From: an uncultured Chloroflexia bacterium
GTDB taxonomy: Bacteria; Chloroflexota; Limnocylindria; Limnocylindrales; CSP1-4
NCBI GenBank assembly: GCA_963703575.1
Contig: CAVPEU010000026.1
Location: 129,850 to 193,849 of the forward strand
Length of the DNA: 64,000 nt
Direction of reading: 5' to 3'
Shown here: positions 20,093 through 28,771 of the stretch, in pieces
Layout: the number at the start of each line of letters is the position of its first letter
Position numbering within the stretch: position 1 is the stretch's first letter
Notes under the pieces: model-generated
Told to the model about the DNA's origin: nothing
The model's input: only the letters and a program-made list of their open reading frames with translations
Databases searched by the model: none
Translations under genes and position numbers: made by a program

Positions 20093-20792
20093 TCAGCCGC
20101 CCGCCGGGCCGGCGTCCGCCTCGATCCGGCCGGTCTCGAACGCGCGGATCAGGTCGCCCACCTTGCGCAGCGCTCCACGGACCGGGAACTCCGATTCGTC
20201 GAATCCGAGCAGCAGGATCGGCTCCGCGCCGACGAATGGCAGCGCCATCAGCACCCCGGCCTCCTCGGGCGTGAACGGACCGATGGGCCCGGTCCGGGAC
20301 GCGGTCCGGCGGGCGACGTCGGTCAGCAGCCGGAACCAGGCCCCGACGGGCTCGCGAAGGCTCGCCGCCAGGTCCGGGTCCGACCAGCCCGCCGCGACCA
20401 GCTCCTGGAGGACCCGGACGTAGCCGGAGGCCAGGTCGAGCTCCAGGAAGTCGCACGCCTGCTGCCACTGCATCGACAGCGCCTCGGGCCCGGCGTACAT
20501 CTCCGTCTGGCGCTCGAGCAGCCGCTCGTTCTCGGCGGAAAGGATCCGCAGCACGAGCTGCTGCTTTGACCCGAAGTGATAGTGGATCTGGCTCAGCGGC
20601 ACGCCTGCCGCCTCCGCGACCCGACGGGTCGAGAGCCGCGCATACCCCTCCTCCAGGAGGCACGACCGCGCGGCCGAGAGGATGGCCGCCGGGACGTCCC
20701 GCGGCCGATCCGCCCCGCCATCCCGGGACGGCCCCGGGATGGCGGCTGCGGCGACAACCTGTCGACGTTGGTCTCGCCATGCCCGACTCACC
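20093..20792 (-). CDS. TetR family transcriptional regulator
   Basis: HTH STRRVAEAAGVPLSQIHYHFGSKQQL. GTG start inferred because no ATG is in frame. Confidence 0.75.
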
Positions 20793-20835
20793 CGCGCAGG
20801 ATACCCGTGCCCATCCGCCGCCGGCCCACCCGTGT

Positions 20836-21639
20836 CTAGCTCGCCAGGATCGTGCCGCCCGCGAGCAGCAGCGCTACCCCCAGCGGCCGGCCCAGGCGCC
20901 GTCCGCCGGGCACGTTCTTCTCGATCGCCATCACCACACCCGTCCCCAGCATCCAGGCGAGGTTGCCCATGCCGAGCGCGAACAGCACGAGCATCAGCGA
21001 CCAACAGCAGCCGACGCAGTAGGCCGCATGCCGGACGCCGATCTCGAGCGCCTCCCGTACCGGCCGGACACCGTGCCAGTGGCCCATGACGAACATCAGC
21101 GGTGAGCGGCACGCCTCGAGGCAGCGGTACTTGAGCGACGAGAACTGGTAGGCACCGGACCCCAGCAGCGTCACCGCGACGACCGTGTTGGGGTGGGCGG
21201 CGAGCCACGGGACGGCATCGACCAGTCCGTGCACAGCCGCGTCCAGCAGGAACAGCCCGACCCCCACCCCCGTCCAGACGACGACGTAGGCAGTCACCAC
21301 GAGCCCGGCCAGGACGTCCGGGTGGGGGCGTCGTGCCACGACCGCCCGGAACGTCGCGACCAGCGGCAGGCTGGTGGGCAGCATCATCGCGACCGTCATC
21401 AGCAGCCAGCCGGCCACGAACAGGACGACCGTCAGGCCGGTCAATCCGTCGTCCGCCAGCTCGCGATGGTCCAGGTAGCGGGCCGCGGGCGAGCCGCTCC
21501 AGAGCCACAGGGCCGCCCAGGCAACGGGCACCAGCCCGACGAACGCGAGAAGCAGGAGACGGCCGCCCCGGGGTGCGGGACGCGGCCGGAGCCGCGCCCC
21601 CATCCCCGCGAGCGCCGTGAGACGGGGGGACGCCGTCAT
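20836..21639 (-). CDS. DUF2182-type integral membrane protein (predicted metal-binding)
   Basis: Six or more TM helices and conserved His/Cys (HWHGVR, AAYCVGCCW). Begins 12 nt after the DUF1326 stop. Confidence 0.75.
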   Translation of the reverse strand: MTASPRLTALAGMGARLRPRPAPRGGRLLLLAFVGLVPVAWAALWLWSGSPAARYLDHRELADDGLTGLTVVLFVAGWLLMTVAMMLPTSLPLVATFRAVVARRPHPDVLAGLVVTAYVVVWTGVGVGLFLLDAAVHGLVDAVPWLAAHPNTVVAVTLLGSGAYQFSSLKYRCLEACRSPLMFVMGHWHGVRPVREALEIGVRHAAYCVGCCWSLMLVLFALGMGNLAWMLGTGVVMAIEKNVPGGRRLGRPLGVALLLAGGTILAS

Positions 21640-21651
21640 GTCGACCGCCCC

Positions 21652-22263
21652 TCAGGCCGCGAACCTGAAGCTGCCCTGGACCGCGTTGTGGTCGCGCAGG
21701 CCCTTCACGGAGGGGAGCCCGTGCCGCGAGCCGTCCCGGCTGAAGTGGCTGGCCTTGGACACGTACGCGGGCGATCCCGGGATGGTGCTGAACGCCGTCT
21801 CCTGCATGACCGTCGGCAGACCGGTCATCCCGTGGAGCGGCGCCAGCTCCGCATCGGCCAGGTCGCCGATGCGCAGCGTGCCCTTGCCGCCCTGGACGGT
21901 GAACGTGATCGGCGCCCGCTCGACGGCGACGACCTCGCCGATCAGCCCGGCGATGTCCGCGATCGCGCCGCCCGCCTGGCCCGTGAACACCTTGAGCAGC
22001 GCCGCCTGCTGCCCGTCGCTCGCCCGGTCGTCCACGAACACCGCGGCCTTCCAGGAACCGGGTGTCAGCACGTTGCCGGGAATGTGCACCGACAGGGCGA
22101 GCGTGAGGCCCGACACGTCCATCCCCTCGATCGTGCCCTTGTCGATGCCCCACGCGAGGACCGAGTCGCACTTCCCGCCGTCCGGATCCTCCCCCACCCA
22201 GCACGGGCACACGACCTCGCAGGTGCAGACCTCGAGCAGCCTGCCTTCGATCTCGTAGGACAT
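21652..22263 (-). CDS. DUF1326 family protein
   Basis: N-terminal CTCEVVCPCW Cys cluster. GGAGG RBS 5 nt upstream. Characteristic partner of DUF2182. Confidence 0.75.
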   Translation of the reverse strand: MSYEIEGRLLEVCTCEVVCPCWVGEDPDGGKCDSVLAWGIDKGTIEGMDVSGLTLALSVHIPGNVLTPGSWKAAVFVDDRASDGQQAALLKVFTGQAGGAIADIAGLIGEVVAVERAPITFTVQGGKGTLRIGDLADAELAPLHGMTGLPTVMQETAFSTIPGSPAYVSKASHFSRDGSRHGLPSVKGLRDHNAVQGSFRFAA

Positions 22264-22320
22264 GGGACGCCTCCGCTGTTCCGCGCGGCTCGGTCGGGAC
22301 GCCGGGTGCTCGCGCTGTGT

Positions 22321-22349
22321 CTGGTTGGTCGGTCGACCGACCGACCAGG
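22321..22349. promoter_or_regulatory. Candidate operator: a 16-bp perfect palindrome GGTCGGTCGACCGACC flanked by inverted CTGGTT and GACCAG
   Basis: Sits 60-85 bp upstream of the DUF1326 start, in the promoter region of the DUF1326-DUF2182-tetR operon. Confidence 0.5.
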
Positions 22350-22384
22350 TGACCGACGCATGATGGCGATCCCGACCGGTGGTG

Positions 22385-23359
22385 TCAAGGGGTCGGATGC
22401 GTTTTTGTCGGATGCGTTTTGCTTGGCCGCCCATCCATCGACCCGGCCCGGCCCTGCCCGGGCAGGCGGGCCTCGGGGCCGGCCGCCGTCTCGCGCGTCT
22501 CGACCAGGCCCTCCGCGGCCAGCGTGGCCAGGGCTTCGCGAACGGCGTGCGGCCCGTGCTCGCCGATCGAGCCGGCGAAGGGAATCCAGGCTCCGTCACC
22601 CGCGTCGCGGGCCCGCGCGATGATCCGGCCGCGGAGCCAGCGCGTGGTCGACGGGAAGGCTGGCTCCGGACGGCGACGCACTGGGGAGGCGGCCACGGCC
22701 CGCTCCCCCGCCGCATACCGGCACCAGGCGATCGCCGGGCAGTCCGCGCACAGGGGCTTCCGCGGCCTGCACAGCCGAGCCCCGATGTCCATCAGCGCAT
22801 GGGTCCAGTCGCCGGCCCGATCCGGCGGCAGCACCGCATCGGCCAGCGCCTGGAGCGCCGCCGGCGGGATCCCCTCCGGCCCTCCAGCGGCCACCCGTCC
22901 GAGCACGCGCCGGACGTTGGTATCGACCGCCCCGACCGGCCGCCCGAACGCGATCGCGGCGACCGCCCGCGCGGTGTACGGGCCAACGCCCGGCAGGGTC
23001 ATCAGCCCCTCGACGGTGTCGGGGACGAGCCCGCCATGGTCGGCCACGATCGCCTTGGCCGCCCGGTGGAGGTGGATCGCGCGCCGGTTGTAGCCGAGGC
23101 CGGCCCAGGCCCGCAGCACATCCGCCGCCGGGGCCACGGCCAGCGCCTCGACCGTCGGGAAGCGGCCCACCCAGGCCGTCCAGGCCTCGGCCGCCCGCTC
23201 GGCCTGCGTCTGCTGGGCCATGACCTCGGAGACCAGCACGGCGTACGGGTCGCGCGTCGCGCGGAAGGCGAGGCGGCGGCCGGTCGCGTCGTACCAGGTC
23301 AGCACCGCGTTGCGCAGCGCGGGTGCGACGGGCTCGGCGGCGACCGGCTGGGCAGGCAC
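22385..23359 (-). CDS. mutY: A/G-specific adenine DNA glycosylase (MutY-like, HhH-GPD with 4Fe-4S)
   Basis: LTWYDATGRRLAFRATRDPYAVLVSEVMAQQTQ; HhH (LPGVGPYTARAV); FeS cysteines (CRPRKPLCADCPAIAWC). Confidence 0.85.
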   Translation of the reverse strand: MPAQPVAAEPVAPALRNAVLTWYDATGRRLAFRATRDPYAVLVSEVMAQQTQAERAAEAWTAWVGRFPTVEALAVAPAADVLRAWAGLGYNRRAIHLHRAAKAIVADHGGLVPDTVEGLMTLPGVGPYTARAVAAIAFGRPVGAVDTNVRRVLGRVAAGGPEGIPPAALQALADAVLPPDRAGDWTHALMDIGARLCRPRKPLCADCPAIAWCRYAAGERAVAASPVRRRPEPAFPSTTRWLRGRIIARARDAGDGAWIPFAGSIGEHGPHAVREALATLAAEGLVETRETAAGPEARLPGQGRAGSMDGRPSKTHPTKTHPTP

Positions 23360-23400
23360 CCACCTACGATACGGGTGAGCGGTGACGGAGGAGGCGAATT

Positions 23401-24330
23401 ATGGCGATGCGGTTCGGGGCGGCGTTCTGGGTCGAGCGGACCGGCTGGCCCGAGCTGCGCGATGCCGCGCTGCACGCGGAGGCGGCCGGCTTCGACGACC
23501 TGTGGATCGACGACCACCTCCTGTCCGACGAGGGCGACTGGCGCGACCCCAAGCTCGAAGGCTGGACCACGCTCGCGGCGGTCGCCGCCGTCACCAGCCG
23601 CCCGCGCCTGGGCACGCTCGTGTCCGCGAACACGCTCCGCAACCCGGGCCTGACGGTGAAGATGGCGACGACCCTCGACCACGTATCGGGCGGGCGGGCG
23701 ATCCTGGGTATCGGGGCCGGCTGGTTCGAGCGCGAGCACGAGGCCTTCGGCTTCGACTTCGGGAGTGGCATGGGCCAGCGGCTGGACCGTCTGGTCGAGG
23801 CCGTCCCGCTGATGCGGCGGCTGCTGGACGGCGAACAGGTGACGCACGAGGGCCGGTTCTACGCGTTCCGGGATGCCCTGTGCGCCCCCCCTCCCGTCCA
23901 GCCGCACCTGCCGATCCTGGTCGGCGGGTCAGGGCCCCGGAAGACGCTCCCTCTCGTCGCCCGGTCGGCCGACCTGTGGAACGTGTACGGCACGCCCGAA
24001 CAGGTGTCCGCATCCGATGCCGTCCTTCGGGCCGCGTGCGACGCGGCCGGCCGGGACGATCGCGAGATCGAGCGGACCGTCAACATGAACGTCGTGATCC
24101 GCCGGGACCGCGGCGAGGCGGACCGGGCGTGGGCGGCGTGGCTGCGGGCCGGCGAACCGCAGGAGGGCGAGGACGGCCTGGAGGCGGGAGGCTCCGTCGA
24201 GGAGGTGGCGACCGGCCTGGCCCGCTTCCGGGACGTCGGCTTCGATCACCCGATCCTGGTGTTCCGTCCCCCGTTCGACCTCCAGACCATGGACCGCCTG
24301 CCGGAGCTGCGCGCGCTCCTGGACGGCTGA
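23401..24330 (+). CDS. LLM-class (luciferase-like) F420-dependent oxidoreductase
   Basis: LLM fold (MRFGAAFWVE...LWIDDHLL...GIGAGW). Confidence 0.85.
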   Translation: MAMRFGAAFWVERTGWPELRDAALHAEAAGFDDLWIDDHLLSDEGDWRDPKLEGWTTLAAVAAVTSRPRLGTLVSANTLRNPGLTVKMATTLDHVSGGRAILGIGAGWFEREHEAFGFDFGSGMGQRLDRLVEAVPLMRRLLDGEQVTHEGRFYAFRDALCAPPPVQPHLPILVGGSGPRKTLPLVARSADLWNVYGTPEQVSASDAVLRAACDAAGRDDREIERTVNMNVVIRRDRGEADRAWAAWLRAGEPQEGEDGLEAGGSVEEVATGLARFRDVGFDHPILVFRPPFDLQTMDRLPELRALLDG

Positions 24331-24339
24331 GGCCGCCTG

Positions 24340-25815
24340 CTAGGCCACGCCGGTGCCCACGGGCTCGGCCCCGGTCTCAGGCTCGGCCCTGGTCTCAGGC
24401 TCGGCCCCCGTCTCCGGCTCCGTCACCGCGGCCGGCTGCGGGCAACCCACCGGCTCCGGGTGCTGTGTCCTGGCCCACGCCTCGTCCGCGATCTTCTTCC
24501 AGCCGGCCGAGTAGGAGTCGATGCCGTCGCGGAGGGTCGTGAGCAGGGTCTCGGCGCCCGCGTGCGTGGGGTGGGCCCCCGTGGTCGCGACGACGTCCCG
24601 GATGACATGCGTCTCGTCGATGAGCATGCACGGCCGCAGGAGGTTCGGGCTGTACGGCTGGCGGGCCCGGATGTTGGCGAAGAACGGCGACCGAAGGATG
24701 TCGGCGAGGCTGGTGTCCTTGATGTTGTCGGTCGCGAAGTGGGTGAAGATGCAGGGTTCCACGTCGCCGCTCGAGGTCACGTGGAGGTACTGGCGGCCCG
24801 CGATGCACCCGCCGACGTAGGGAGCGTCGTTCCAGAAGTCCACGACGAGCAGCGGCTTCGTGCTCCGGATCCGCTGGGCGCCGTTGACACGCAGGTACTC
24901 GCGCTGCTCCGGCGTGGGCATCAGGTCGAGGTCCGGGTCGTCCCCGACCGGCATGTACATGAAGTGCCAGCCCCACAGGCAGCCGAGCTCGATGAGCCAG
25001 TCGGCGAACGCGTCGCTCGTGACGCCGAGACAGTTCTGCCGCGTGACCATGGTCGAGAACCCGAACGGCACGCCGGCGGCGCGCAGGGCAGCCATGCCGA
25101 GACCGGTCTTCCGGAAGGTGCCGCGTCCACGACGCACCTCGTGCTCGGCCGGGAAGCCGTCGACGCTGACGCTGACCAGCACGTTCCCCGCCCTGGCGAG
25201 GCGCTCGGCGACCGCGTCGGTCACCAGCGTCCCGTTGGTGAACACCATGAACGTCAGGTCCGGGTGGTGGTCGAACAGGTCCAGCATGCCGTGGGCCATC
25301 AGCGGCTCGCCGCCGAGCATGATCATGCCGAACGAGCCGAGATCCCTTGCCTCGTTGGCCAGGCGCTCGACGACCTCGAGCGGCAGGTCGCTCTTGCGGT
25401 CGTACTGCGATGCGTAGCAGCCCGTGCACTTGAGGTTGCAGCGCATCGTCGGGCTCGTCAGGACGACGAACGGCGTGGCGCCTCCCGTCGCGGCGAACCG
25501 CTCCTGCCGCGGCGGCCCGCTGCGCATCCAGGTGGCCATGTTGGTGATCAGCCGGGCGCGGACGTGCGGCGAGGTTGCCGCGTAGATGCGCCTCACCCAC
25601 TGCATCTCGTTCGGCGGCACGTCCTGCGCCGCCGCGTTCTCGAGGTACCGGCGCGCCGTCGCGACCATCTGCTTCTGGGCCGGGCGGGAGGCGACCATCT
25701 CTACGATCCGGGCGATCCGGGCGGCGTTCCGCTCCGGATCGGACATCACCAGGCTCGCAGCGGTACCGATCGCTCGTTCGGCAAAGCGCTGGCCAAGGCC
25801 ATCTCGAGTGGTCAT
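24340..25815 (-). CDS. Radical SAM/SPASM-domain enzyme with a ~120-aa N-terminal extension; function unassigned
   Basis: CNLKCTGCY rSAM cluster; C-terminal twitch/SPASM (GGCIAGRQYLHVTSSGDVEPCIF...RPCMLID). C-terminal PETGAE/PETRAE repeats. AGGAGAGAGG RBS. Confidence 0.85.
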   Translation of the reverse strand: MTTRDGLGQRFAERAIGTAASLVMSDPERNAARIARIVEMVASRPAQKQMVATARRYLENAAAQDVPPNEMQWVRRIYAATSPHVRARLITNMATWMRSGPPRQERFAATGGATPFVVLTSPTMRCNLKCTGCYASQYDRKSDLPLEVVERLANEARDLGSFGMIMLGGEPLMAHGMLDLFDHHPDLTFMVFTNGTLVTDAVAERLARAGNVLVSVSVDGFPAEHEVRRGRGTFRKTGLGMAALRAAGVPFGFSTMVTRQNCLGVTSDAFADWLIELGCLWGWHFMYMPVGDDPDLDLMPTPEQREYLRVNGAQRIRSTKPLLVVDFWNDAPYVGGCIAGRQYLHVTSSGDVEPCIFTHFATDNIKDTSLADILRSPFFANIRARQPYSPNLLRPCMLIDETHVIRDVVATTGAHPTHAGAETLLTTLRDGIDSYSAGWKKIADEAWARTQHPEPVGCPQPAAVTEPETGAEPETRAEPETGAEPVGTGVA

Positions 25816-26028
25816 CGGACGTCCTCTCTCCTGCGATCGTGGACAACATCGGCTTGTGCGTCTCGATCCCCTGGTCCGGGGGCCGCGGCGGAGCTTCGAG
25901 CCCCGTGACGACCCGGCGGCCCCGCGGGCTCGGCCGTCGATGGAACCCAGTACACGCCGCCGGCGGCGCGGCAGTGAGGGCTGTTGGGTCTCTATCCCTC
26001 GTGACATTCATCCCAATTGGAAGTGATC

Positions 26029-27185
26029 TCACAATCCGTTCTCGCCGCCTGACTCCGCCCGGGAGTCGCCCACCCGGGGTTGCGCGTCCGCCACGCGCCC
26101 GCCGCCGAGCAGGCCGGGGTGACCCAGCCGCAGGACCAGCAGCAGGAACCAGCCGACCACGACCGGTACCAGCCACTGGACAAGGCGGAACAGGACCAGG
26201 GCGGCGGTGATCTGCTCCGCATGGCCGGGCCCCGAGACGTCCGTGAGCAGCCCGACATAGACGACCTCGGTGACCCCGACGGCCCCCGGCGTAACCGGGA
26301 CCAGGAGGGCCAGGGTGCTCACGGCCATGACCGCGAGGACCGACCACGGGGAGATCACGTCCGGACCGACCCCGGACACCACGAGCGCAAGCTCGAGCAC
26401 GACGAACCACGAGAGCTTCGCGCCCACGGCACCGGCATAGGCAACCCCGGCGTCTCGCGCGAGGCTGTCGTGCACGATGCCCCGCAGGCCGGCCACGGAG
26501 GCGGCGATGCCGGCCGGCGGGCTCCGGTGGAGAAGGCCGAACGCATGTCGCGCCAGCAATTCGAGCGCCCGGCCCGCCCGGGCGGCGATCCCCTGGGACG
26601 ACGCGAGGACCACGAGACCCGCGACGGCGATGGCAAGGACCGCCAGCGAAACGCCGGCCAGCCAGGGCAAGCCGGCCGGAGCGCCGCCGGTCGTGACCAG
26701 GAGGCCCGCCAGCGCCACGAGGGGCAGGGCGAGAGCCGCCAGGGTCTCCAACAGGCCGCCGAGGACGACCGCCGCGCCCGCGGCGTCGGTCCGGATCCCC
26801 ACCCGCGGAACAGGACGAGCCGCGTCGCCACGTCGGAGGGGCCCGGGATCACGCCGGCGACCGCACGCGCGGCCAGGTCGGCGGCGACGACACGGATCAA
26901 CGCGAGGCGGCCGACGAGCACGTGGTACGGGATCGCGTTCGCGACCCAGGCGAGCACGGCGGCCGCAACGAGCGCGGCCACCTGGCCCGCGGACAGCCCC
27001 GAGAGGGTCGCGCCGACCAGCGCGTAGTCCACCATCCGGGGCAACACGACCCCGAACACCACGACCAGGACGCCCACCACCAGCGCGATGCGTCGGACCA
27101 GGGCCCGGGGCCTGGTGTCGACCGACCCCGGGAGCGGCCCGGGCCGGCGAGGGGGCGGATCCGTGGAGGCCGGGGCGGCGGTCAT
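26029..27185 (-). CDS. Flippase-like / lysylphosphatidylglycerol-synthase-TM (UPF0104) family membrane protein; frame interrupted near 26805
   Basis: The N-terminal half is in one frame up to ...ATRLVLFRG, and the C-terminal half is in the -1 frame from VGIRTDAAGAAVV... to ENGL*. The switch falls at the G-run CGCGGGTGGGG. Confidence 0.7.
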
Positions 27186-27264
27186 GACTGGTCCTTCCAG
27201 CGCGGATCGGGCCCCGCCATTCCACGCGCGGCCGGCGTCGAGGATGAGGGCCGCACCACCCGGA

Positions 27265-28758
27265 TCAGCGTGCCTGTTCTCCCGAACGGGAGGCCCTCGC
27301 ACCAGGCGCGACGGCTCCGGCCACCCGGCCGGGGAGGTCGACGGCCGGGGCGCGGGGGGCGATGCCGGCGAGGCGCTCCCCGACCGTCGCCGCGGCCGCC
27401 AGGCCCTGCGCGATGCAGTCCGGCAGGCCGACACCCCGGTACGAGGCACCGACGACGCCCACGGCCGGCCAGGCGGTCATCGCCTCGTCGATGGCGGCCA
27501 CGCGGCGCAGGTGGCCGACGGTGTAGCGCGGCATCGACGAGGCATGGCGAGCGAGCCGGGCGAGGACCGGCTCGCCCCGGATCCCGAGCGTCCGTTCCGC
27601 GTCCGCGCGGGCGGCGGCGACGAGCGCCTCGTCCGGAAGCGAGGTCCACGCCGCCTCGTCGCGGACGAAGATCCGGAGCAGGACGGCGCCCTCGGGTGCC
27701 CGGTCGGGCCACTTCTCCGACGTCCAGGTGCAGGCGGAGATCGCGCCGCCCTCCGTCGGGGGCACCAGGTAGCCGTGCCCGACAAGCGGATGCCCCACCG
27801 CGTCGCGTGGGTACGCGAGCGTCACGAGGATCGACGTCCCGTGCGGGATGCCATCGAGCGCGCGTGCGGCGCGCGGCGCCTCGTCATCGAGCAGGGCCGC
27901 CGCCACCGGGGCCGGCGCGGCGACCAGGACGGCGTCGAACCGGACGACGGACCCATCCGCGAACCGCGCCGCGACCCCGGAGCCGGCCCGCGCGAGCGTC
28001 CGCACGCCGAGGCCCAGCCGCACGTCCACGCCTGCCTCGCCCAGGGATGCCTCGAGCGCCGAGGTCAGCGTGTCCATGCCACCGCGCAGCGTCGCGAAGG
28101 CGCCCGGGGACGTCGCGCCGGCGGGGCGCGCAGCCGCCGCCCTGCGCGTCGCCCTCCCGTCGGACAGGCCGGCGAACAGGAGGCTCCGGTGCTCGCGCTC
28201 CGCGGTCCGCAGCTGGGGAACGACGGCATCGAGGGACAGCTCGTCGATCGGCGTGCCGTAGACGCCGCCCACGAGCGGGCCCGCCAGCCGGTCCACGAGC
28301 GGCGACCCGAGCCGCCGCCGCAGGAACGTCCCCACCGCGATGTCGTCGTCGGGGAGCATTCGCGGCCAGGCGATGTCCTTCGTCATCCGGATCTTCTCGG
28401 GCCACGAGAACAGCTTCGTCCTCGCGAACGGCATCGCCCTGGTCGGCAGGACGAGGCCCAGGCCCTCGGGCATGGGGACGAGCTCGCCGCGGTGGCGGAT
28501 GAACACCGCGCGCGGGTCCTTCGTCCCCACCAGCTCGCCGCCGAGCCCGACCTCGCGCGCCAGCGTCACGGCCGTCGGCCGGGCCGCGAGGAACGAGTCC
28601 GGGCCCCGCTCGACGACGAAGCCGTCGATACGCTCGGTCGAGACCTTGCCGCCGAGCCGTTCGCCGGCCTCCGCCAGCACGACCGGCACGCCCTGGCGGG
28701 CCAGTGCCCGCGCGGCCACCAGGCCCGTGACGCCGCCGCCGACGACGAGGACGCGCAT
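27265..28758 (-). CDS. hemY: Coproporphyrinogen III / protoporphyrinogen oxidase (HemY/CgoX family, FAD)
   Basis: MRVLVVGGGVTGLVAARALA dinucleotide fold; full PPO-family length with a ~40-aa C-terminal tail. Confidence 0.85.
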   Translation of the reverse strand: MRVLVVGGGVTGLVAARALARQGVPVVLAEAGERLGGKVSTERIDGFVVERGPDSFLAARPTAVTLAREVGLGGELVGTKDPRAVFIRHRGELVPMPEGLGLVLPTRAMPFARTKLFSWPEKIRMTKDIAWPRMLPDDDIAVGTFLRRRLGSPLVDRLAGPLVGGVYGTPIDELSLDAVVPQLRTAEREHRSLLFAGLSDGRATRRAAAARPAGATSPGAFATLRGGMDTLTSALEASLGEAGVDVRLGLGVRTLARAGSGVAARFADGSVVRFDAVLVAAPAPVAAALLDDEAPRAARALDGIPHGTSILVTLAYPRDAVGHPLVGHGYLVPPTEGGAISACTWTSEKWPDRAPEGAVLLRIFVRDEAAWTSLPDEALVAAARADAERTLGIRGEPVLARLARHASSMPRYTVGHLRRVAAIDEAMTAWPAVGVVGASYRGVGLPDCIAQGLAAAATVGERLAGIAPRAPAVDLPGRVAGAVAPGARASRSGEQAR

Positions 28759-28771
28759 CGGTCGAGCGCCC

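Noticed and set aside
25992-26258. 88-aa minus-strand ORF ending in DCEITSNWDECHEG inside the low-GC patch
   Set aside because: Its first ~75 residues overlap the flippase-like gene in another frame. Only the last 12 residues are unique, so it is probably not a real gene. The low-GC patch itself is kept as part of a finding.
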